Below, piece by piece: positions 39,466-47,696 of a stretch of DNA of 64,000 bases. Position 1 is the first letter of the stretch. Each line of letters begins with the position of its first letter. Where the stretch lies: the NCBI GenBank assembly GCA_016201505.1, contig JACQCQ010000009.1:65991-129990 (forward strand), given 5' to 3'. Source of the DNA: Candidatus Sungiibacteriota bacterium. Lineage in GTDB: Bacteria; Patescibacteriota; Minisyncoccia; Sungbacterales; JACQCQ01. Both the position numbers and the translations under genes were made by a program. A model generated the notes under the pieces. That model was not told the origin of the DNA, did not search any database, and saw nothing but the letters and a program-made list of their open reading frames with translations.

Positions 39466-39885
39466 TTATATGGGACGTGGCCGATACCTAGTAAGGTATA
39501 GAACATCAGTTATTTTCCACGCGCCATCTTTACCACGATGGTAATGAACCCGATACATATTGCTTGCCCTCGTATCATTCTGCTGTATTATCTCGAAGAT
39601 TCCTTGCACCGTAGCTTCATCCTCGCTCGCCCGTATTACCGCATTATCCATTTTTGCCGTCTTTAAATTTGAAAGGGTGTTGCTTAAAATTACACTATAC
39701 TCTTCGGTGCCAACCCTTTTATTAACAGTGAGAGAATCTACGAACGCGCCTTCTTCGAAACTCGCTATTATATGTCCAATATCTCTCCGGTTGTAGGCTT
39801 CCAAAAAGTCGGTCATCAGATTCGCGATTTCTTTCTCCCGAAGTGTCGCAGGCTTTTTGTAAAATCTAATAAGTTTTTCTAACAT
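39466..39885 (-). CDS. NTF2/SnoaL-like domain protein
   Basis: I......F.EAYN..D......F...A and C-terminal G.WKI. Confidence 0.7.
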   Translation of the reverse strand: MLEKLIRFYKKPATLREKEIANLMTDFLEAYNRRDIGHIIASFEEGAFVDSLTVNKRVGTEEYSVILSNTLSNLKTAKMDNAVIRASEDEATVQGIFEIIQQNDTRASNMYRVHYHRGKDGAWKITDVLYLTRYRPRPI

Positions 39886-39974
39886 TTGGGTAATCTTTCA
39901 ACAAAAACCTCGCCAGCTTGATGCGCGGCGTAAGCATAATTTACATTAAAGAATGAAGTCTCTTTAACTCTCCT

Positions 39975-41099
39975 CTATTTATATTTCACTAGCTCGCTAG
40001 TAACTAGCTCCTTTTCCAAATAAAGGCTAACCCAGCTATCGCCTGTTTTAGCCGCATTCTCGAGAGCTGCTTGAGCCTTTTTCTTCTCGCCGGTCTCAAA
40101 ATAAGCAAGGGCTAAAACTCTCCAAGGGGACGCGAAGGCTTTAAGCATCGTCGGATCGCGAGGCCATCCCTCTGCTGGTTCATTAAGATCGTGATCTATT
40201 GGTATCACGTTGTTTTCAAGTTGGCTGATAGCTTCTTTATATTGTTTTAATGCTGTCAGATACATACTAGCCGACGTATTTGCTAGAATCCGTGCGGCAG
40301 GGTGCAGCTTCTGAAAACCCAGACTATTTATTACATCCATCCATTTCTTGAGCAATCTTTGTGTTATATCAGGATTAATCTTAGCTCCTCTAATATTGAT
40401 GGTATCGTTTTCTGATGACAGTGCCTCGTTCCACTTTGCAAGAGTATTTTTTATGTCAGTATCGTCCATGATACTAAGCCGTGCCGGGTATGGTTTCGAG
40501 TGATCTGGTCCCACGATCAGAGATCTTATTTGCGCTGAAGGGGTTACTACGAGACCCATAACCGGATGTGGGAAAAACCGGCCTGACGGTATGAGGTAGT
40601 TACTACCCAGACTTGTTTGATGGACAATAATTTGCTTTTGACTTTCCAGAGATCCAACGATAACTCCATAATATCCACCACCTGGTCTCAGGGACGGGCT
40701 ACCATTCATAATAGAGACAATAATTGGCGTACTCGAAGATTGATTCAAGAAATTGCGAAGACCCCTTTGATTCTGTAGTGTAACAATTTTAGCTTCATAT
40801 CCCTGACTTTCAAAGAATCTTTTGAAATCGGTGAATGTAAAATTTCCCCTAGTCGTTTCAGCGGGCAAGGTTCTTTTGAGATCTAAAAATGATAGCCTTT
40901 TATCGCCCCAATATCGGAGTATCATCGCCGCCGTCGACTCAACATCATACGCTAGCGGCGTTCCGGAGAAAGTGCCGAAATAAGGAACACCGAGAATAAT
41001 ATTATCAATGGCGCGGGTGGATAATGAATAATAGAAAACACCTAAAACTACCAGCCCAATCAGTAGAGCAATTGAGGTGAGTTTCGTCCTGCGCGTCAT
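39975..41099 (-). CDS. Membrane-anchored C39-like peptidase homologue (catalytic Cys/His missing) with C-terminal TPR
   Basis: GVPYF...AAMIL.YWG, PIIV, YYGVIVG (His replaced), LALAY..TG..K.A...LE.A. Confidence 0.65.
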   Translation of the reverse strand: MTRRTKLTSIALLIGLVVLGVFYYSLSTRAIDNIILGVPYFGTFSGTPLAYDVESTAAMILRYWGDKRLSFLDLKRTLPAETTRGNFTFTDFKRFFESQGYEAKIVTLQNQRGLRNFLNQSSSTPIIVSIMNGSPSLRPGGGYYGVIVGSLESQKQIIVHQTSLGSNYLIPSGRFFPHPVMGLVVTPSAQIRSLIVGPDHSKPYPARLSIMDDTDIKNTLAKWNEALSSENDTINIRGAKINPDITQRLLKKWMDVINSLGFQKLHPAARILANTSASMYLTALKQYKEAISQLENNVIPIDHDLNEPAEGWPRDPTMLKAFASPWRVLALAYFETGEKKKAQAALENAAKTGDSWVSLYLEKELVTSELVKYK

Positions 41100-41120
41100 A
41101 GAAGTTTATACTTAAGTATT

Positions 41121-41375
41121 TTAGAAAACGGTACAGCAATCGTTACCACAGCCAGAGCCAGTAGAACCCTCAGAGCCAGTAGAACCCTCAGAGCCAGTAG
41201 AGCCGCCGGGGTCAACATAAACATCCGCCGAAGCATGATTGGTTAAGGAGTTACCGAGAGCAAGTTCTTCACCACCTTGTTTTTTGCCGCTAAAAATATT
41301 TTGACCAACAGAAATCAAAGCTAGGGCAATTGCGAACAAAACCAGCTTTGAAATGTTTCTGAGAAAGTGGGACAT
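41121..41375 (-). CDS. Putative RiPP precursor peptide
   Basis: Hydrophobic leader, HASA|D junction, core DVYVDPGGSTGSEGSTGSEGSTGSGCGNDCCTVF; directly downstream of YcaO. Confidence 0.75.
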   Translation of the reverse strand: MSHFLRNISKLVLFAIALALISVGQNIFSGKKQGGEELALGNSLTNHASADVYVDPGGSTGSEGSTGSEGSTGSGCGNDCCTVF

Positions 41376-41447
41376 CTTTGTCCATAGTATAGCAAAAATA
41401 ATTTCTGACAATCAAGCTATATTCACAATCAGTTTTGGTTACTGTTA

Positions 41448-43016
41448 CTATGGAAAAGGGTGCGGAAAAGTGTTGAATTTTCTCTTAATCTGATAGCCCA
41501 GTTTTGGCAGGACTGTTCTAAGTCTCGAGGCTCCCAAGGGTGCAAAAGTTTCGTTAAGGTATAATGGGACTAATTCAGGCACCACAACCTGAGTTACATT
41601 ATAACCCAATTCATGGTTTAAGAAATAATCGCGAACCTCAAATCCGTAAACTTCGTAGCCTATTCCCAACGACTCGACCCTTTTGACCAAGAAGTTTAAT
41701 TCATCACGAGTTGTCGCAAAGCTTCTTGGAAAATCAAAGCGGACTTTTTGAATATCCTGGGCATGTCCTTCAAGGAAAAAAGCAATGTGTTCGCGCATCT
41801 TTGGGTTAGCCCAAAGATGCAAACGTTCTTCTTGACCTAATGAAGGGTCACCAAACGGCCTATAATTATCAGCTAACTCATATACGGGATGACTGTCTTT
41901 CTTAGATCGGAGACTATAATAAACTCCCCAAGCTTCTTCATATGCCTTTGTCGCCGCGATTTCTGGATTTGCGTGACAGCCACCCCCCATTGATAAGTAG
42001 GGCCCCACCCAGGATTCATCTAGAATGATCGCAACAAAACTGGGCGGGCCTATGTCGAGTGTTGTGTTTAATATGTGACACTTGAATCTGCATCTTTGCA
42101 CTTGGAGTATTGAACTCCTCAAATCTTTGTTGAGAGACGAAATATCAATTTGTGGCGGAGAGATTCTATTAAGCCAGAAAATGAGAAAGGCATCTCTTTC
42201 AATAAGTTCATATAAACCCGCCAGCATTGCCCCCTCTCGATTAAACATCCCCCCGCTACCATTTGTATTTGGCTCTCTAAGAAATACTTCTGGTATGTCC
42301 CCGCTGATGTAGTTCCAAAAGATTAGCTGTGCGGGCAGCATGGTTTTTTGTCCTGTAGACACTCGAACACCTTGAACCCAGTGAAGTCTATGCTCTGGGG
42401 TCCAAGCAAAACGATTTGATTGATTTTGCTGTTCCTCCGAGAAACTCACCAACTTCTTAGGATCTAAAGCCCGGGCTCTTCTGTTCAAATCTACATAAGA
42501 ATTCGTCACAAAATTTTTTCTACTGTACTTAGTCAAATAATATCGCTCCAAAAATTCCCCGATACTTTTACTAACCATACTAATTAAGTCTTGACCGGAG
42601 CTATGTCCGAATGTACGAACAATTTTTCTCCCATCAGTATTATATGTATCATCAATGGATGGAGTTATATCAATCCGACTGAATGCTGGAGAGTCGTTAA
42701 AACGGCGGTGGTCTATGAATACGTCTTTGACAAGTCCACGCTCCTTTAATTTTCTAATAATTTTTATAAACGGACGTAGGGATTCCTCATATTTATTGAG
42801 GATTGCATAGGAAGTCCTTTCAGAAATTTTATCAAGGTCTTTATACAACCTTGATAATATCCTCTTCTCGAAAGAATTGCTCTCCAGATCGTAGAAACTT
42901 GCTGTCAAAGAATTCTGTCCCGGCCCCCCTGCATCGAAATATTCGGACATTAATACAAGCCCATCATAATCAAGCGGCTGGTAGAGACTGAAGTCTTGTT
43001 CTTTTGGTGTGCTCAC
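41448..43016 (-). CDS. YcaO-family cyclodehydratase (azoline-forming type)
   Basis: GEFLERY, TNG.G, GLYELIERDA, C-terminal PHPFP (PxPxP). Confidence 0.93.
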   Translation of the reverse strand: MSTPKEQDFSLYQPLDYDGLVLMSEYFDAGGPGQNSLTASFYDLESNSFEKRILSRLYKDLDKISERTSYAILNKYEESLRPFIKIIRKLKERGLVKDVFIDHRRFNDSPAFSRIDITPSIDDTYNTDGRKIVRTFGHSSGQDLISMVSKSIGEFLERYYLTKYSRKNFVTNSYVDLNRRARALDPKKLVSFSEEQQNQSNRFAWTPEHRLHWVQGVRVSTGQKTMLPAQLIFWNYISGDIPEVFLREPNTNGSGGMFNREGAMLAGLYELIERDAFLIFWLNRISPPQIDISSLNKDLRSSILQVQRCRFKCHILNTTLDIGPPSFVAIILDESWVGPYLSMGGGCHANPEIAATKAYEEAWGVYYSLRSKKDSHPVYELADNYRPFGDPSLGQEERLHLWANPKMREHIAFFLEGHAQDIQKVRFDFPRSFATTRDELNFLVKRVESLGIGYEVYGFEVRDYFLNHELGYNVTQVVVPELVPLYLNETFAPLGASRLRTVLPKLGYQIKRKFNTFPHPFP

Positions 43017-43051
43017 AAGAATATCTAAAATAGTATCGCTATTACCTTACT

Positions 43052-43126
43052 CTAGATATACGAAGAGGGGCAAATTTTGTTTAGGGGACAGATTTCGCAC
43101 TTGGGAGAGCGGGCGAGGCAGATAGC
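43052..43126 (-). repeat. Diverged copy of the nth 3' end (copy 1)
   Basis: Reads AICLARSPKCEICPLNKICPSSYI*. Confidence 0.85.
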
Positions 43127-43187
43127 TCAAGACTGGCGAGAGTCCCAGTGGCTTGAATGTATACTAATAATATTCTAATCTGGTGTC

Positions 43188-43427
43188 ATGACGCAAAAAG
43201 TATTGAAAGTTGGCTCTTCGGCGGCGGTGACGATTCCCAAAAAGTCTTTAAAAGAACTGGGGCTTAAAATCGGCGATGAGGTTCAGGTGGATGTGGATCA
43301 GCGGAGGAAGTTGGTTTCAATTACTCCTGCCCAAAATCTCTCCAAGGAAGACTCTAAAATTGCAAAATTGACACTTGCATTCATCGAGAGATACCGAAAA
43401 GACTTAGAATCGCTCGCCGATAAATAA
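43188..43427 (+). CDS. AbrB/MazE-family antitoxin
   Basis: KV.KVGSS.AVTIPK.....LG...GD.V. Confidence 0.9.
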   Translation: MTQKVLKVGSSAAVTIPKKSLKELGLKIGDEVQVDVDQRRKLVSITPAQNLSKEDSKIAKLTLAFIERYRKDLESLADK

Positions 43428-43817
43428 GTGAAGTATTTACGATACTCACAGATTTTTCTGATTCATTCAATGATGATTGATGAAACAGGTGGCAGTCACG
43501 GCGTGAGAGATTCTCATGCAATTTTAAGTTTGGAACATTCTCCGAGGCAAAAAGTATTTGGGAAAACACTCTATCCTTCAGTGTACCAAAAGGCCGCGGT
43601 GTATGCGCGAGCTATCATTATGGAGCATCCATTTATTGACGGAAATAAGCGGACCGGCATTTCAGCAGCCAGTATTTTTTTGGAGAATAATGGTTACCAA
43701 CTCATTGCCAAAGAGGGCGAACTTGAGTCGTTTGCATTGCGAATTGTGGATCAAAAATATGGAATAGCAGAAATTGCCGGCTGGTTTCGCAAGAACTCAA
43801 GGAGAAATAAAAAATAA
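43428..43817 (+). CDS. Doc/Fic-family toxin
   Basis: HPFIDGNKRT. Confidence 0.93.
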   Translation: MKYLRYSQIFLIHSMMIDETGGSHGVRDSHAILSLEHSPRQKVFGKTLYPSVYQKAAVYARAIIMEHPFIDGNKRTGISAASIFLENNGYQLIAKEGELESFALRIVDQKYGIAEIAGWFRKNSRRNKK

Positions 43818-43895
43818 ATTTTATCCCAGGCGAGTAGTTTATTCTCATATTCTTGAGAATATGAGAATAACGCTATGCTTGGTAAGCTTTTAGAA

Positions 43896-43964
43896 CTAGA
43901 TTCTCGAAGAGGGGCAAGTTTTGTTTAGGGGACAGATTTCGCACCTGGGAGAGCGGGTGGTGCG
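43896..43964 (-). repeat. Diverged copy of the nth 3' end (copy 2)
   Basis: Reads RTTRSPRCEICPLNKTCPSSRI*. Confidence 0.85.
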
Positions 43965-44041
43965 GCTGAACATGTTGGCGCAATAAAGGGCGAGAGTCCC
44001 AGCGGCTTGAATGTATACTAATAATATACTAATCTTTACAC

Positions 44042-44128
44042 ATGACGCAAAAAGTATTGAAAGTCGGCTCTTCGGCGGCCGTTACGATTTCCAAAAAATC
44101 TTTGAAAGAGCTCGGTCTTAAAATCGGC
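44042..44128 (+). pseudogene. 5' fragment of the AbrB antitoxin gene
   Basis: Near-identical to 44667-44753; upstream region matches the DNA before 43188. Confidence 0.8.
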
Positions 44129-44160
44129 GCAATATTAACATATGATTGACTCATATTATT

Positions 44161-44385
44161 ATGAAAAGCATCATACAATTTCATATTCATAGGGGTGAAA
44201 CCCACTATATTGCGGAGGGAGTTGATTTACCGGTCGTAACTCAAGGGAAAACCCTAGATGAGCTCGCCGCGAATCTCAAAGAGGCGGTTGCCTTGCAACT
44301 CGAAGGAGAGAACCCGGCTGATTTTGGTCTGACGTCGAGTCCTTCTGTTTTGGCAAATTTCGAACTTTCCGAGATTCGTGCCTAA
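44161..44385 (+). CDS. HicB-like antitoxin
   Basis: Y.AE..DL.VVTQGKTLDE...N..EA..L.LE. Confidence 0.85.
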   Translation: MKSIIQFHIHRGETHYIAEGVDLPVVTQGKTLDELAANLKEAVALQLEGENPADFGLTSSPSVLANFELSEIRA

Positions 44386-44623
44386 ATTGAGAATTCTTTC
44401 AGGGCACGATGTTGTTGCGATCTTAGAAGGCCTCGGTTTTTCTGTGGTTGCCCAAAAAGGCAGTCATGTAAAATTGCGCAGAACTGTTGAGGGTGGAACA
44501 AAGCAGAGCCTCACAATCCCGCTACATGCCGAGATGGATAAATGGACGCTCAAAGCGATTTACACGCAAGCTTCTCGGTATATTCCCGAAACTGAATTGC
44601 GAGAGCACTTCTATACCAAGTAG
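44378..44623 (+). CDS. HicA-family toxin
   Basis: SG..V..IL...GF....QKGSHVKL, TIP.H. Confidence 0.9.
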   Translation: MPKLRILSGHDVVAILEGLGFSVVAQKGSHVKLRRTVEGGTKQSLTIPLHAEMDKWTLKAIYTQASRYIPETELREHFYTK

Positions 44624-44666
44624 GTGCGTAGGAGTTTAGATTATATTAATTTCATCTGTACACGTT

Positions 44667-44897
44667 ATGACACAAAAAGTATTGAAAGTCGGCTCTTCGG
44701 CGGCCGTTACGATTTCCAAAAAATCTTTGAAAGAGCTCGGTCTTAAAATCGGGGATGAGGTGCGAGTGAACATTAATCACAAAGAAAAGCTTGTGATTAT
44801 TGAGCCGGCGCATCAAGTGAAAAAGGAATTGCTTGATTGGACGGAGCAGTTTATTAAAACCTACCGGCCGGCCTTGCTCGCGCTCGCGAAAAAATGA
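44667..44897 (+). CDS. AbrB/MazE-family antitoxin
   Basis: Paralogue of 43188-43427. Confidence 0.9.
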   Translation: MTQKVLKVGSSAAVTISKKSLKELGLKIGDEVRVNINHKEKLVIIEPAHQVKKELLDWTEQFIKTYRPALLALAKK

Positions 44898-45286
44898 CCC
44901 GATATCTGGATCCCGAGGAGATGCTCGTGATTCACGCGAAGATTATAGACGAAACGGGTGGACTCCACGGCGTACGAGATATGAACCTATTCGCCTCGAT
45001 TGCCGGGCGGCCGAAAATGCAGTTTGGCGGGAAAGAATTATATCCCTCGGTATTTGAAAAAGCAGCGGCATATTTTGAGTCTACTGCCTTTCATCATGTC
45101 TTTGTGGATGGAAACAAACGAACGGCAATCGCCATAGCTGCTCGTTTTCTTTTTCTCAATGGATACGACCTAACAACCTCAAATAAAGTTCTGGAGAGGT
45201 TTGTGCTTGGTACAGTCACGAAGAAATCTAATTTAAAAATCATCGCATTGTGGTTTCAAAAACATTCAAAGAAAATCAGAAAGTAG
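44894..45286 (+). CDS. Doc/Fic-family toxin
   Basis: HVFVDGNKRTA. Confidence 0.92.
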   Translation: MTRYLDPEEMLVIHAKIIDETGGLHGVRDMNLFASIAGRPKMQFGGKELYPSVFEKAAAYFESTAFHHVFVDGNKRTAIAIAARFLFLNGYDLTTSNKVLERFVLGTVTKKSNLKIIALWFQKHSKKIRK

Positions 45287-45345
45287 TTTTATGAGGCCGG
45301 ACGGTTTATTCTCAAGTTCTTAAGAACTTGAGAATAAACATTCTT

Positions 45346-45426
45346 CTAGACATGGGATGAAGGGCAAATTTTGTTTAGCGGGCAGATGAGGCATTGGGGG
45401 GAGCGGGCGCGGCAGACGGCGCGGCC
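45346..45426 (-). repeat. Diverged copy of the nth 3' end (copy 3)
   Basis: Reads GRAVCRARSPQCLICPLNKICPSSHV*. Confidence 0.88.
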
Positions 45427-45431
45427 CGTCG

Positions 45432-45695
45432 CTACATTTGACGATACACGGAGTGGTCTCCCACTGAATGGAACCATGCAGTATTTTTCTTGATAAATTC
45501 AAAAATGATTCGATGGCGTGTATCGATAGAGAACGCCTAGAAATCTTTAAGACGTCCGTGCAATTTATGAGTGCCCGGTCTGGGGTCAAATTGGTTTTTG
45601 CGGAATATACACTCTTTTTCTTCTGCTACTTTTTTAACGGACAGCGCGAGGGTTTTATATTCTCGCCTGAATTTCGAGGAATAGAAGATTCGCAT
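45432..45695 (-). pseudogene. RelE/YafQ-like toxin with an in-frame TAG
   Basis: MRIFYSSKF.R.YK...THKLHGRLKDF*AFSI...HRIIFEF...GDHSVY; TAG at 45537-45539. Confidence 0.8.
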
Positions 45696-45910
45696 TAGCG
45701 CAGGTCTCTCAACGAACGAAGTAACTTACCCTTGCCCCGTTTTAGCTCATCCCGGCTTTCTCCAAGCCCTTCGGCCAACTTTCCTTCAAGCCAAAGACGA
45801 ACGAGCGTTCAGAAGAATTCGCTTTTTGTCGAGAATTGGTTTTGCTTTAATTGTTTCTCAACCTCAGCCGCCATTTCGCGGGGTAGTGAGATATTAATGA
45901 CGCTCCGCAT
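45695..45910 (-). pseudogene. RHH (CopG/ParD-like) antitoxin with an in-frame TGA
   Basis: MRSVINISLP...F.TKSEFF*TLVR...; TGA at 45809-45811. Confidence 0.75.
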
Positions 45911-46020
45911 AAGATGTGTAATACTTTATTTTACAAGACTATCTTCTTTGATTTCTCCATCAATAACTTATTCTCAAGTTCTTAAGAACTTGAGAATAGG
46001 CTCTTTGGCTGAACCCTACG

Positions 46021-46086
46021 AGATGGGCAGATTTTGTTTAAGGGGCATATCACGCACTTGGGGGAGCGGGCCTGGCAGACGGCGCG
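46021..46086 (-). repeat. Near-identical copy of the nth 3' end (copy 4)
   Basis: Reads RAVCQARSPKCVICPLNKICPS, identical to Nth. Confidence 0.9.
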
Positions 46087-46101
46087 GCGTGACCGACTCA
46101 T

Positions 46102-46428
46102 TTATTTTTTCAGGCGAGCGGCCAGGGCGAAGCTGTACAAATAATTGTCAAGACCTTGAAGGTCGCTGCCATATGCGCTACCTCCCGAAAAAGCATCGGC
46201 TAAAGTTTCACGCAAGCGCGAAAGTTCTTTGAGCTTAGATACCGAGCGCCATCGTCTGTCACTGCGCGTCAAATCAATAAGCGCAAGCGCCCGCTCGAAA
46301 GCTTTTTCATAATCGCCCAGATTTCGCGCGCTTCTCATGCGCGACAATTCGCTCCCGATATTCCCCAGTTGATCCGCAAATGAGAGGCCCTCCCATCGCT
46401 CCTTCTCAATCGAATGATGAACGTTCAT
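46102..46428 (-). CDS. Hypothetical helical protein
   Basis: RW..LS...QLGNIGSE..R, RAL.L.DLT..D; overlaps the upstream gene by 4 nt. Confidence 0.75.
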   Translation of the reverse strand: MNVHHSIEKERWEGLSFADQLGNIGSELSRMRSARNLGDYEKAFERALALIDLTRSDRRWRSVSKLKELSRLRETLADAFSGGSAYGSDLQGLDNYLYSFALAARLKK

Positions 46429-46772
46429 GATGTCGTGCGCTCGGCGATAATTGACTTTATTAATTCACGGATTGATTCATCTTCTATCCCGCGGGATTTA
46501 TTTCCTTGCGACGGCCGGATATTAATCATCGAGTCGAATTCAATCCACTCGGCCGGAGACCGCTCGAGATAAAGATTAATTCCCCATATTTGTTCTTGTT
46601 TTGAGCCGTCATGCAGCAAGACCGCCTCTTCGTCTGCGTGGAGCTCTCCCCCAACTGCCAGGATGCGGCGTTCGACATCCACCGCGGCCTTCACTAAGTT
46701 GCCAAACTGCTGATCGGCGATGGCTTTCAATTCTGCCTTTTTGATTTTGTCCCTCACGACCACAATTTCCAT
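46425..46772 (-). CDS. DUF5674-like protein
   Basis: VKA.VD....I.A.GGELHAD.E..LL..GS.Q..IWG.N, FDS.INIRP. Confidence 0.75.
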   Translation of the reverse strand: MEIVVVRDKIKKAELKAIADQQFGNLVKAAVDVERRILAVGGELHADEEAVLLHDGSKQEQIWGINLYLERSPAEWIEFDSMINIRPSQGNKSRGIEDESIRELIKSIIAERTTS

Positions 46773-46807
46773 ATCGACAGTGTATCACAGCGGCACTTGC
46801 GAAGATT

Positions 46808-47497
46808 TTATGTCTTTGCCGACGGACAGATTTTGTTTAAGGGACATATCACGCACTTGGGGGAGCGGGCCTGGCAGACGGCGCGGCCGTGATCGATGAA
46901 AAGCGTGTTGACTTTGGGCCACATTTCTTTTTTGTCTTTATAAATCTCCATTAAATCTTTTTCGATTTTATTGGGGTCGTCATGTTTGGTGAGTCCCAAG
47001 CGCTGGGAGACGCGGCGGACGTGGGTATCAACGGCTATGCCGCCAATAAGCTCATGAACATTCCAAAGCACGATGCTCGCCGTTTTTCGGCCAACACCGC
47101 GGAGCGTGATTAAGTCCTCAATTGTTTTGGGAATTTTCCCGCCAAAGTTTTTTTCGATAAGTTTTGCCGTCGCGATAATAGCCTTCGCCTTTGTTTGGTA
47201 TAACCCAATGCGTGAAATTTCTTTGCTAAATATTTTTGGATTAGCATTGGCAAAGTCTTTCGGTGTTTTGTATTTTTTGAATAGTTCAGCCGTGACAATA
47301 TTTACCATCTTATCAGTCGCTTGAGCCGATAAAATAACCGCCGCCAGCATCTGCATCGGCGTTTTGTAAAGAAGCGCGGTCTTTGATTCGGGGTTTAATT
47401 TGTCGAGACCGGCTAAAATCTTGGCCGCCCGCTTTTTCTTTTCGGCCGGAGATTCCTTTTTAATCCAATTTTTCCTATACTCGTTGTATTGTCCCAT
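46808..47497 (-). CDS. nth: Endonuclease III
   Basis: LSAQATD, HhH L.GVGRKTA, AVDTHV.R, Fe-S motif C-x6-C-x2-C-x5-C. Confidence 0.96.
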   Translation of the reverse strand: MGQYNEYRKNWIKKESPAEKKKRAAKILAGLDKLNPESKTALLYKTPMQMLAAVILSAQATDKMVNIVTAELFKKYKTPKDFANANPKIFSKEISRIGLYQTKAKAIIATAKLIEKNFGGKIPKTIEDLITLRGVGRKTASIVLWNVHELIGGIAVDTHVRRVSQRLGLTKHDDPNKIEKDLMEIYKDKKEMWPKVNTLFIDHGRAVCQARSPKCVICPLNKICPSAKT

Positions 47498-47696
47498 GTT
47501 GGTTGCCACTAAAATTTACTCCATCAATGAAATCGTGCCTGTCTCTGGCAACTACATCTGCGTCCCTTGTGGCTATGTGCAGTATTTTGAAGCGGGGGAC
47601 AAGTTCATTGAGTGCCTTGCCTGTCTCGCGGGGACTCTCTATGGCCCGGCCGGGTTTCAGAGTCCGGCAGATGAGTTTTGGCAGTTTGTCGGCTAG
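47496..47696 (+). CDS. Small zinc-ribbon/rubredoxin-like protein
   Basis: SG.YICVPCG...F..G..F..CLAC; start uncertain. Confidence 0.5.
   Translation: MLVATKIYSINEIVPVSGNYICVPCGYVQYFEAGDKFIECLACLAGTLYGPAGFQSPADEFWQFVG

Noticed and set aside
45468-46232. Plus-strand ORFs 45468-45698 and 45732-46232
   Set aside because: Antisense to the pseudogenised TA pair; they run through a palindrome and an nth-end copy
43052-46889. Diversity-generating retroelement (template/variable repeats) for the nth-end copies
   Set aside because: Differences are not confined to adenines and there is no reverse transcriptase in the window
32395-46889. Prophage or classical integron
   Set aside because: No phage structural genes, no tyrosine integrase/IntI, and no canonical attC boxes recognised
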